NCBI GenBank assembly: GCA_964016885.1
Contig: OZ024743.1
Location: forward strand, 330,026,001 to 330,090,000
Direction of reading: 5' to 3'
DNA length: 64,000 nucleotides
Source of the DNA: Eledone cirrhosa
Lineage: Eukaryota
This document shows, piece after piece, positions 52,153 through 64,000 of this stretch (position 1 is its first letter; each line of letters begins with the position of its first letter). The notes beneath the pieces are model-generated. The model saw only the letters and a program-made list of their open reading frames with translations. It made no database searches and had not been told where the DNA came from. Both the position numbers and the translations under genes were made by a program.

Positions 52153-52194
52153 TCAGCGTTTTTACGGTTTTATTTACCGCAAAAAGTCTTAATA

Positions 52195-52460
52195 GGCGGC
52201 GAATTAAGAGAATTGTCAGAAGGTTGGATAGAATTCCTTGTGCCATTCGTTCTGGCTCTCTGCTCTCTGAGTTCAAAACCCGCCGAGGTCAACTTTGTTT
52301 TTCATCGATTCGAGGTCGATAAAAAGTGCACAAATCTAGTACTAGGGTCAATTATTCCTCTATATCCCTTTCTCAATTCCCCTCTCTCACTTTCTAATCT
52401 TCTCTGGAAGAAATCCGATGTACTCAGGCCTGGAGAGGGATGGGCTCGCCAGGCTTAAAA
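52195..52460 (+). mobile_element. SINE variant: family A head and core with an alternative 3' module
   Basis: The core is followed by TCTCACTTTCTA..CTTCTCTGGAAGAAATC..CCTGGAGAGG..CGCCAGG. Related copies lie near 32940, 33915 and 57545. Confidence 0.65.
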
Positions 52461-53095
52461 GGCCTAAGAATCTCCACCAGCTGTTACGGAATCATACCAC
52501 CTATACCACCAACTCTCAATGGTCTCTGTACAGAAAGTCATGGAAGGAGACGCGCTTAGCTAAATAATTGCTTGACTTATGACGTATTGGAAGAATTGAT
52601 ACTTGAATATATAGTAACACAATGCCGATAATTATAATAATATTTCTTCTTCGCCGACATACTCCTGAGTGGGTCTTGGGGTAGATTCTTCAGATACGCC
52701 TTCCAGATTATCCTATTAAAAACAGTTGTCTCCACAATACCCGGATAGATTTCCAAGTATGTCTAACAGAATTTATGGGTGTTATCTAACCACATATTCG
52801 TAGTTCTGGATCTGATATTTCTCTATTCAAAGAGGTAGCATCTTTACCTTGAACGACTTTCTGATCTCCGAGCTACGCACTCTAGCGAGTAACGTTATTC
52901 CAAAGACGTTCGTAGGAATCCCATTTCAGTCGTTTGTAATTACGATCGTATTCATTCGGTCATGACCATAGTATCGAATTGAAAACAGTGAGATTGGCAT
53001 GTAAAATGCTTTCGCTAAGAGTTTTAGGTATGCATGCATTTGTGAGAATTCACTGATACAATTCCGACCCCAAATCACTGAACTATCCTCGCTGT

Positions 53096-53290
53096 GACAG
53101 CTGGAGGGGAATAGGACCATATCTGTACTGGGACGAGGGATCCCCTTATCAGTGGACCGTTTGACAGTTGGGGGGAATGACTACATCTGTACTGGGCCGA
53201 CGGTTCCTCTTATCAGTAAAACCTTTTGACAGCTGGAGGGGGAAAAGGATACATCTGTACTGTGACGCTACTTTCTTCATTGATCATTCG
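53096..53290. repeat. Three ~66-bp tandem units
   Basis: GACAG(C/T)TGG..GGGAA....ATCTGTACTG starts at ~53096, 53163 and 53229. Confidence 0.75.
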
Positions 53291-54867
53291 AAAGAATGAA
53301 ACATAAAGTAGAACTTGCCGGGATTTAAAATACAAAGAGCCGTAAGCAGGGTCGACGCTCTTAATATGGTGAAACAGGTAACCGTTTAGGGTGCAAACTT
53401 CAGCGAGGCACATTACTGAATCTTAAAGTATCATAGTTTTACACTTATGCTACCATTAAGGTCAACCAGGCAGCAACCTATGGTGCAGACCTCGACGAGG
53501 CACATTGCTCAGTCTTAGAGGATCAGTTTTATACAAATTTGTCTAATTAACTTTAAGTCATTATAATTTCCTGAGATCAATAAATAAATCATCTAGATTA
53601 TCGAAATATCTAATGTAATAGAGATGGTTGTATGGTGTCATGACCTGTTACATGATTTGGCGTCGGTGAATGTGGATTGTATAGTGGAAAATGCAAGCTT
53701 AATTTTTTTAGTGTGTTTAGAACAAGAGATGTTAAAATCTAGCTTCGTCAGCTTACCATACTGACAGTTGAAATTATTATATTTGTGAGGATGGGCGCAT
53801 CTTGTAGAACTAAACTAGGGCTAAAAGACACAATCACCAACTCTAACCTGACTCTGTTATCTCCTTACCTGAGAAACATCCTGGATGTGACTAACGTGGG
53901 AGAGAGGGCTATATTTGCAATGGGCTGGTCTTTTTTATCGATCCTATGAAATGTATCGCACTTCGGTGCGATTTGAAAATCTAACACAAAGAATCTGAAC
54001 AAACTCCTTAAAACATTATATCAGACACTGTAGCAACTATGCTAAATCATCCTTACACCCAACTAAATACTTGTATGTCAAGAATTTACAGAATAAATGA
54101 GAGATATTCTAGGCACAACCGGCACCAGGGTATTTAGAACCCTATTTTAGCCTTACAATAAGTTCCCATTCTTCTAGTTATCCGGTTCATTCTCACAAAT
54201 GAAATTTGTCTTACAGTTTGGTAAGCTGACGAACATAGTTTGACTCTGACCACGATAAGAAAATTACTACGCCTGCGCTTTCCACTACACAGTCCACACT
54301 CACAAACGCTAAATCCTATAAACGTTATAGTAGCATATGACCTTATAGTACCACATCCACTGCCTTGGATATCTCCACAACGCTACTACATAACAAAGCT
54401 GTTTAATTATGTATTTATTGATCAAAGCAAAGGATTTTATTTTTTAGGCCATTTAATCATAAACATTTGTATCAAACTGTGATCCTTTAAAGTTCGGCAA
54501 TGCACCTCCTTGAAGTCTTTGCGCTAAGCGGCTGCATATTTGGTCTAATGGTAGCTTCTTCCATGCCTTGGCGGGATTTGAATACAAAGAGCAGGAAAAA
54601 ATAATACAAGGCATTGTATCCGACGCATAGAGCAAGGCATTATACCCGACTCTCAAATGACTCTGCCAAAGAACATTCTGAAAGATGGCAAGGATCCATG
54701 GGACCCTTAACTCCTGATGGTGACGTAGAGCGAGTGGCGCGAGTTCATGGTGATATATGGTTTATATTGGTTATTTAAACCTGGCGGATCTCATAATTCC
54801 TTATGTCTCAATATAGCCGACTTCTTTCAGAGATGTAGTGTGTGTATGTGTGTGTGTGTGTGTGTAT

Positions 54868-54926
<59 letters not shown>

Positions 54927-55736
54927 AGAGAGAGAGAGAGAGGGGGGAGCGAGAAAGAGATATAGTGGAAGAAACTATGATACCTCACTACTAGATTATT
55001 ACTTTAATTCATCAACCTTGAAAGGATGAAAGACTACGTTGACCTGGGCGGGATTTGAACTCAGACCGCGGGGGGCGGGGGCACGAAGCATTACATCCGA
55101 CTCTACCAATTCACCGCTTTCTAGAAATGTGTACACACACACACACATACACACACATACACACAACCACACACACACCAACCACACATACACAAACATG
55201 CACACACATACGCACACACATTCTCACATAATTAAAATACCTGAATGCTGAGAATTTAACGGACAAATGAAAGCTATATATTCTAACATATGAAATTAAA
55301 TCATATGAAATAACTCCGACATATTTTCGTTGCATTGCATTGCAGGGGGTTGTGAGGGTGTTGGTTGGGTGGGGATGGATGTATAAATATTTGCACAGAA
55401 GGTGAACAAAAAGAATCAACAGCAGAAATGTGCAAAGTGTGAAGTGGCACTAGATTATTTGAACGATAGATGGGAGGGGAAAAAACTCCGACTAAAACAA
55501 GTGAAAACAACGGATATAACAATGGAAAACAAATAGGCTTTAACATTTCCGATGTTAGCAGTAAAGCCGTATCTCTGGTGCCAATCTCTTGTCATAGACT
55601 TTCTCAGTAAAATCGATGCACCCACATAACATGAAAGCTTTTTTCTAATCTAATTAGGCGAAATGCGAAGATATTTTCCGCTAAAAATAAATACGTATTC
55701 AACAAACGCTTGCTTTCAATCCATCTTTACAATCAC

Positions 55737-55961
55737 CCAAACACCACCGCCTCTACTACCACAAACACCACCGCCTCTACTACCATAAACATCACCGCCT
55801 CTACTACCATAAACACCACCGCCTCTACTACCACAAACACCACCGCCTCTACTACCACAAACACCACCGCCTCTACTACCACAAACACCACCGCCTCTAC
55901 TACCATAAACACCACCGCCTCTACTACCATAAACACCACCGCCTCTACTACCACAAACACC
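55737..55961. repeat. 24-bp minisatellite, about 9 copies
   Basis: Unit ACACCACCGCCTCTACTACCA(C/T)AA. Confidence 0.95.
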
Positions 55962-55996
55962 TATCACAGCCACCATTCAATTATTCACGTTTACAT

Positions 55997-56042
<46 letters not shown>

Positions 56043-56455
56043 ACTATAATTCAAATATAACTATATACGATTTCTAATGTAAATATATGTGTATATGTAT
56101 GTATATGTTTATATATATATATATGTTTATATATATATGACATATAAATATATATATATATATATACATGTGTGTGTGTGTGTGTGTGTAAATATGAATG
56201 TGCGTTTTATATTTATAAGTTTATACACACACGCGCACATGTGCACGCACACACAGACACACGGACACACACACACATATATATATATACATTCAGAAAT
56301 ATATACATGAATACAATTGCATAAGCACTCATACACATACGAACGCATAACGTCCACACAACGCCCGCAAACACCTCCACACACACAACTCCACACACAC
56401 ACATACACACTTTCACACACACACAAACACATACACACTCACATAAATACATACA

Positions 56456-56542
<87 letters not shown>

Positions 56543-56836
56543 GTATTTTGTGAAAGACTGGTTCATATTCTGTTTGAAATTAATAGTTGAAAGAAATATT
56601 GATTCGATATTTTCTTCACATAAACACCAAAAACAATATATACGCTATAAACACTATATAAACTATAAACACCATACGTTCTATATACACCACACACACT
56701 ATATACACCATAAACATTGTATACACCATACAGACTATATACACCCTAAACATTTGCTGTTGTAGAAAGGAGGGGACTTGGCCAGTTGTAATAGTTATGT
56801 TTTCACGGGATGATGGTGAAGATAAATGAAACGATT

Positions 56837-56872
<36 letters not shown>

Positions 56873-56931
56873 TCACACATATATATATAAGCATGTATGT
56901 GTATTGTATATATGCAAGGATGTATACATAA

Positions 56932-56972
<41 letters not shown>

Positions 56973-57040
56973 CATATATATATTTATAAGAATATATAAG
57001 TATATATATATATATAAGAATATATATATATATAAGAATG

Positions 57041-57074
<34 letters not shown>

Positions 57075-57076
57075 CA

Positions 57077-57134
<58 letters not shown>

Positions 57135-57544
57135 TATATTTATATATATATATTCATATGCCCACATACACAAATATAAATACATACATATATACAAATA
57201 TATATATATATTTACATATACACAGATACACATATATACATGTATACGTACACACATACACACCCATCGCTATTCCTTTGAACTGTTCAGTATTCAATAA
57301 CTATCTTATCAGGGAAATATCTATCCAGAATTACAAGTCTCTAATCTCATTATGTCTCTCCTACTCCCCCCACTACCATCTCTATTGTGTAGCAATATAA
57401 TCTTTCGCGCCCTTCACATCATCCTAATCATATTTCTATACAGTTCATTAGTGAGTCCTCTCCTACCATTAACTAACAACTTCCATATTTCTCACAGCAC
57501 ACAATTGTGTATTTTGGTCCTCCGTCACTTTCCTAATGCATGGA

Positions 57545-57830
57545 ATTGACAGAGTGATTAGAAGGTAGGATAGAAGAATGCTTTGTTGTACTGGACCCAG
57601 CTTTCTATTCTCTGAGTTCAAATCCTGTCGAGATCAAATTTGCCTTTCATCCATTTAAAACCGATAAAATAACGTACCAGTCTACAACTGGTGTCGATAC
57701 TTACTCTATATCTCAATTTCACTTCGATTCTCTCACTTTCTATTCTTCTCTGGAAGAAATCTGCTGTGTTCAGACCTGGAGAGGTGATAGGGACCGCCAG
57801 GTTTATAAATGTCCTACAAACGCCGTCAAT
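57545..57830 (+). mobile_element. SINE variant with the alternative 3' module
   Basis: B-box GAGTTCAAATCC, core, then CAGACCTGGAGAGG..CCGCCAGGTTTA. Confidence 0.65.
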
Positions 57831-58802
57831 ATTGCGCCCCTATCACTCCCTTCGATAACTAGTGGGATAAAGTTGTTTTGTTTTATCAACGGGAGAAACT
57901 GTACGTGAAATTAAAGTACAAGTGTCTGAGGGTTCAAAAGGTTAGTACACCCTTAACAAAATTCAGCGTGATACACCATGTAACAGAGATTGTTCAAGGA
58001 CCCAAGTTTGTCGAGCCCCTCACACTGGAAACTGATCACTGGAAACTGATCGCTACACTCGATCAGGCAAATGACAACAACCTGAGACCAACTCACACGC
58101 AGGAAGAAGGGATCGTCTTTTGAATTACGAGCACAACTCCAGTTAACTGGAGCATGTATATATGTTTATGAATGCGAAAAGTAAACGGATAAGCAACACA
58201 GCAAAACGATACAGTACAATTAAGATATATATTAGTTTAACGCTTAATATAGTAGGATAGACGAGAGGATAGACCGTTTTTAAAGAACGCGCGTATGTCC
58301 CCCCCCCCCCTTTTGGAACTTTCCCCCGTTGATGGGCGTAAGCCCGAAATATTGGGATTAAATCTCCACTACGGTAACCCTTCTACCTTTGTTTTGTTTT
58401 CATTTTCGTTTCTCTCAATTTTCACTTTTCTCCTATTTCTCACTCACTTCCTACCTCGAGATTTCCCATCTGCATTGTTGTGGCTTTCTAAACTACATAT
58501 TTTATATATATATATATTTAATACAATAACAGAGATAGTTTAAAGCTAAACTCTGACTGGTAACCATCTCACTCAACAAACATTAGGTTATATTTAAATA
58601 TAAACCCAATTTAAGTGTTTGGGGTGCTAACAATATGTATAATGTGGAAAAACCAGTTGTATTATTTTATGAGATATAATTAGAGTTAAAGTATGAGATA
58701 TAATTAGAGTTCTAGTAATAATAATAAATTTGAAGACTAAAATCCAAAGAGGGCTCGATAAGGATAAATATATATCAAATATATAAGAACCGTAGAGCAA
58801 AT

Positions 58803-58978
58803 ATTTATTAAAATAACAGATTAAAGTTTAAGTAAAGAATCACTGCTTTCACCCTTAACGGGATCTTCTGAAACTAACAATCTGCGTTTACAGATTGACT
58901 TTGTTAGTTTCAGAAGATCCCGTTAAGGGTGAAAGCAGCGATTCTTTGCTTAAACTTTAATCTGTTATTTTAATAAAT
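58803..58978. repeat. Near-perfect palindrome (~78-bp arms)
   Basis: ATTTATTAAAATAACAGATTAAAG...GAAACTAACAA mirrored by TTGTTAGTTTC...CTTTAATCTGTTATTTTAATAAAT. Confidence 0.9.
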
Positions 58979-59020
58979 TATAATAATAACATATATATAT
59001 ATGAACTATAACCTCCTCCC

Positions 59021-59060
<40 letters not shown>

Positions 59061-60164
59061 TATTATGTGGGTAACTTGTAGTTACTAGCAGCGGCGCTTG
59101 TCGAAGCACTCGATGCTGGCACTGTGACCGTCTTCGTTAAGTTGTGCTCCAGGCTTAAGGCGGCTGTAATTTGCAGAGTGTATATAAATTAACAATAAGA
59201 ATTGCAGCTTTTTGTAAATTCTATTCCATATCATGATAAAGTTTACAAAAAACTGCAATTCTTATTGTCAATATATATATATTTATATACGCGGGGTGCA
59301 GAAAAGTACCTAGCAGTGATCACTGTTACAGAGGCCTGGTTGGAGTACCAGTCTTCCGGGTTTTTTTACAAGGCTTAGAAAAACCGAAGGACTGCTATAT
59401 ATATATATTAATTTTATTACGTGACAACTAATCATGTTTTCGTAAGTTCTCAGTTTCACGATGGTATCCGATTAGTTGTAGCAGATTAATCTCGCGTGCA
59501 TCATCAATCTTCAGTAGTTATGAAATAAAACAACAAAAAACTGTAATTGTTATACGAGGTAAATACCGTAATATAGTGATCAGTCCAGTTCTGGTTTTCA
59601 ATGTTGATGTAAAATTTGCTGACACAATTACATAATCGATATAAATTTTAATAATTGATCACAACTGCTTCGCTACATCGAGTTTTCTATGGTGAGGGCG
59701 TGAGATTTCTTAACAGCGATTATATCTTTTTCTGGTTTGCCTTATATAACCCCTGGTCAGCCGTAAACCAAGAGCCCTGTGATCAAACATATATCACCCA
59801 TGTCTAACATGCCTTTTGTCTCTATGACTAGTTGCGTCCTCTTTTTTATTTTTATTTCTTTTGACAGTTTGACATGAGAAAATTGAGTACTATTTACAAC
59901 ATTGTATGGGGTTACACAAACTGTGTGATTGGGAAACTACTCTGCTTTTTGAAAATATGTTTGGGCGCTTGTGTGTTTGCATTTGTTTATTATATAAATT
60001 ACCAACATATTATCAAATTGTTGGTGGAGATTTCATTGTCTGACACACAAATGTAAATAAGTCTCCGTCGGTTTCGACGAGGAGTGTTCCAGTTGTTCGA
60101 CAAACGGAACAGCCTGTTTAGGAAATTAACATGTTAGATTAAATGCCTATACATCCCACAGACT

Positions 60165-60357
60165 TCTCTGACAGGAGTACTGGACACCTTCTCTTTGAAG
60201 GACTTCTATGAGGTCTTCACGAAGTGGTTGGAACATCATAACAAGTGTATTGAAGTGAGAGGATCCTACTTTGAAAGAGATTATAGTTTTGTACTTCTTT
60301 GAAATTAATAAATGTCCCTCCTGAAGAAGTCTCAAAACTTCCAGAATACACTTTGTA
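60165..60357 (+). mobile_element. Mariner transposon 3' fragment with right TIR
   Basis: It translates FYEVFTKWLEHHNKCIEVRGSYFE, like the mariner C-terminus, followed by TCTCAAAACTTCCAGAATACACTTTGTA. Confidence 0.7.
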
Positions 60358-61139
60358 CACTTTACGTAATTCACATGTATATTCAAGATGACAGAGTGTG
60401 CAACAACGCTGGCTCTCTGAATTACAGGTGCAATCCATCTTGTATTATAAGTGGCTGAGCATTCCACTGACACATATACCCTTAACGTAATTCTGAGAGT
60501 GATTATGTGTCATACAGTGAACGACAAGGCAGGCCGGTGGGCTTTTGAACAAATTACGTCTACCACCTTCACTCACGAGGTTTTGTTCGACCCAAAGCTT
60601 CAGTAAAGATATGTGCCTCAGATATCAAACTGGGGGATCGAATCCAGGACCTCATGATTGTGAAGCAAACATTTTAACCACACAGTTATGTTTGCAGTTG
60701 CTACCATCACCATGACATACATACAGGAACATAAAATGTAAATGCACTCCAATAAACATACTAGGCTTGTGATATGTACTTCAAATCCCCCTCCCATACA
60801 CACACAACACACGCGTATGTAACTAGCGATATCATCTCACCGGAAACTAGAGGTATTGTCTAACTACCGTGGCAGAGTAGCTGCCTGTTCAGATTGACTT
60901 CAATTCACACGAATCAAGTTTACACAGATATCGATCCCTTACTTAATGATGATAATAATGGATAAAAAGACTTGCAATCACGTTTTCAAGGTTACAGATT
61001 TATTTTGTTTTATATTATACTTAAAAGAAGGGTGCGAGGGGGCGCAGCCATATCCCCCATTATATGAGGCTGATTTTACCTTTGGAATACTCATCCACTC
61101 ACACTATATAATTAACCCGGTAAGGTTCTCATTTGAACC

Positions 61140-61450
61140 ACTGAAAGCTCCATCGTCGAGACTGGTGAAGATCCTTTGATTGTGTAGATCCAGTTAAACT
61201 TAGCTGACAATCGTGGCAAGTTTTTCAATTGTACAACTTGAAGCGTCCTCGTTGACACTGGCGAAGATCCGTTCACTTTGTAGATCCAAATTGAAACTTC
61301 TTCGTTGACACCGGTGAAGTTCCTTCACTGTGTAGATGCAAATTGAAATGTCATCGTCGACAGTGATGAAGATCCTTTCAGTATGTAGATCCAACTAGAA
61401 GGTTCATCGCCGACACTGGTGAAGATCCGCTCACTATGGAGATTCAGTTA
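61140..61450. repeat. Degenerate ~52-bp tandem repeat
   Basis: A CATCGTCGACACTGGTGAAGATCC..TCACTGTGTAGATCCA-like unit recurs 5-6 times. Confidence 0.75.
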
Positions 61451-61762
61451 GACTCAGCCAATAACCATGGAAATAGAAACTAGGCCAATATAGAAATGTT
61501 AAGTAGACAAAGCCCAGTCTAACTCATTCCAGCTGTTAATGAGATAAAATATATAGATAGCATTTGGTGATAATTTATACATATACACATATATACTACA
61601 CAAACTTATACACACACATATTATATACATATATATACATATATATACTAAACACAATTATATACATACATACACGTATATACTACAGACAGACACTTAT
61701 ACATACATACTTACTATATACACACATGTATATAGACACATATATACACACTTATACACACA

Positions 61763-61822
<60 letters not shown>

Positions 61823-61831
61823 GTATAACAC

Positions 61832-62733
61832 AGAATTATATACACACATACACACTATATATACACATATATACAACGCACTTATACATATATATAGATA
61901 CACACTATATACACTTACATACTACACACAATTATATACATACATACACACTATATACACGCGCAATATACACACATCTACACACACTCATACACAACAC
62001 ATACTCTTCACACATGCACTTATACACATATACACATTTATATACACATACAATACACACACACTCAAACACACACATATACACAATACGCACCCACAGA
62101 CATATACACAACACACACTCATAAACACACATACACTTATACACTAGTGACCAAAGATAGAATATAAACACACAGAGACTGAGACACGAACACACGAACA
62201 CACAGCAAACAGAAAATACTCACACAAACGCATGCGAAAACCGATAGAACAATAAATATATAAAATAGAATAAGTAAACATTGCAGCAATACAACGGGAG
62301 GAAACATAATGTTTCCACTTTTTGGCACAAGGCCAGCAATTACTCAGTGCATTACTGGTACTTTATTTTATCGACCCCGTAAGGATGAAAGGCAAAGTTA
62401 ACCTCGGCGGGATTTTAACTCACATCATAAAGGGACGTAACTATTGAGTGTGTGTTGTGTATATGTCTATGGGTGCGTATTGTGTATATGTGTGTGTTTG
62501 AGTGTGTGTGTATTGTATGTGTATATTAATGTGTGTAGTGTATAAGTACATGTGTGAAGAGTGTGTGTTGAGTATGACTGTGTGTAGATGTGTGTATATT
62601 GCGCGTGTATATAGTGTGTATGTATGTATATAATTGTGTGTAGTATGTAAGTGTATATAGTATGTATCTCTCTCTATATATAAGTGCGTTGTATATATAT
62701 GTATATATAGTGTGTATGTGTGTATATAATTCT
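61832..62733. repeat. ~290-bp inverted duplication around a spacer with a truncated SINE
   Basis: 61832-62121 is the reverse complement of 62445-62733, including irregular landmarks (CGCGCAATATAC, CTCTTCACACATG, ATACGCACCCA). Confidence 0.8.
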
Positions 62734-62736
62734 AAT

Positions 62737-62776
62737 ATCACTGATGATGTCATAGGTGTGTGACGAAAGAACTGCG

Positions 62777-62778
<2 letters not shown>
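62737..62778 (+). ncRNA. Degenerate hammerhead motif of the 37-kb family
   Basis: ATCA-CTGATGA-T-GTCATA(GGTG)TGTGAC-GAAA-GAAC-TG. G at the cleavage position means it is probably inactive. Confidence 0.55.
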
Positions 62779-62821
<43 letters not shown>

Positions 62822-64000
62822 TATTTTACTCTTTTACCTGATCCAGACATCCGGCTGAGGTTGTGCTGGGGTACCACACTTGTTTCTTCACTATACCCGT
62901 GCTGTTCAGCTGGGATCTTGGATAGCAGAATGTCAAGATGCTTCTTAAAATCACGTCTAAACCATGTAGGTCTCTCAAGTTTCTTGGCAGCTTATGAAAG
63001 AGTTGGGGTCCTTTGAAACCCAGTCTATTGCAATATCTGCTCCTTACTCTAAATGTGAAAGACGTGATCTTTGGTACCACTGTGACGTCCTGTTCGAGGA
63101 TTGGGCCAGCACTCAATGCCAACGTTTCGTGCTAGTCCTTCCAGGATCTTCCATATGTATATCACTGCGTACTTTTCTCGCCTTCGTTCCAAAGTTCTTT
63201 TAGCCTCTCCCAGTAGCTCATCTCCTTCATCGTGGAAATCCACTTGGTATAGATACGTTGGATTGCTTCAAGCTCCGTGATTAGTTTGACACTATGTGAT
63301 AATCACAGCTGGTAGCAATACTCCAGTCGGCTTAGGACAAATGTCCTTCATAGTAACAACATGGTTTTTTTTATCTTTTGTCTAGGATGTCGTCAAGATC
63401 CAGCCAGCGAATCGTCCGCATATTGTCGCCATTTCAATGATGTGTTAATGAAACGATGCATCATCACTCATGTGTCGTATCGATTTCGATCCTTTCTCGA
63501 CATGTGTCGTTGTGTTTGCAGGTTGATATCGTAGGGCTTGAAATTTTCCAGCATTAAATTGCATGTTGTTTTCCTTAGCCCATTTGTATATGTCATCCAG
63601 ATCTTGTTGTAAAAGAGTAGTTTCAGCCGTGTTCTTGATTGCCTGATCTACCATTGTTTCATCAGCGTAGTAAGTGAGAGGTGTTGTATGTACTACCAAG
63701 GGCATGTCTTAAATAGCAACCAAAAAATAAAATGGTCCCAAGACACTCCCCTGGGGTACCCCATTTGTATTGATGTTTCCTTTGAGAGGACTCCGTTGGC
63801 TGCAACATTCAGGTTTCTGTCTTTTAAGAAGTCATACAGCCACTCACCTAATTTTCCAACTATGCCGAATCTGTGTAGTTTGTGACATATTATTCCATGG
63901 TTGACCTTGTCGAAAGCCTTCGCTTAATCAAGATATATCACATTTACGTTTGAGTGGTGTAGCAATTGTTTCAGTACCCAGTTGTAGTGTTGTAAAAGCT
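62822..64000 (-). mobile_element. CR1-type LINE 3' portion, decayed, continuing beyond the window
   Basis: The minus strand gives VIYLD*AKAFDKVNHGIICHKL..G..GKLGEWLYDFL, YADET, LQQDLDDIYKWAKENNMQFNAGKF and YIWKILEG. Confidence 0.85.

Noticed and set aside
52620-52930. Possible LINE 3' remnant on the minus strand
   Set aside because: Only a faint resemblance (MWLDN...NRIIWK), too weak to call.
55980-57270. YI-, CV- and HT-repeat ORFs here and throughout the window
   Set aside because: They are translations of dinucleotide and tetranucleotide microsatellites.

Overview
This is AT-rich, microsatellite-dense animal DNA made almost entirely of transposable elements and simple repeats. I found no supportable host gene. 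The SINE and microsatellite content suggests an octopus-like cephalopod, but that is inference. The main elements are: (1) a near-intact R4/Dong-type RLE retrotransposon sitting in (TATG)n, plus a truncated second copy; (2) a decayed RTE LINE with three C-terminal zinc fingers and two short derivatives; (3) two Helitrons; (4) a Penelope-like element (PLE) with RT and GIY-YIG; (5) RTE-X, CR1 and mariner fragments; and (6) many tRNA-SINEs, MITEs and minisatellites. Four observations stand out. First, the PLE has an upstream ORF joined to the RT frame by a U_UUU_UUA heptamer in a 40-nt overlap, a candidate -1 ribosomal frameshift. Second, two covarying hammerhead ribozyme motifs lie just upstream of the PLE. 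Third, a separate non-coding family carries minimal hammerheads in palindromes. Fourth, both R4/Dong copies sit in the (TATG)n tails of RTE-family elements. All calls were made by eye, and most repeat boundaries are approximate.
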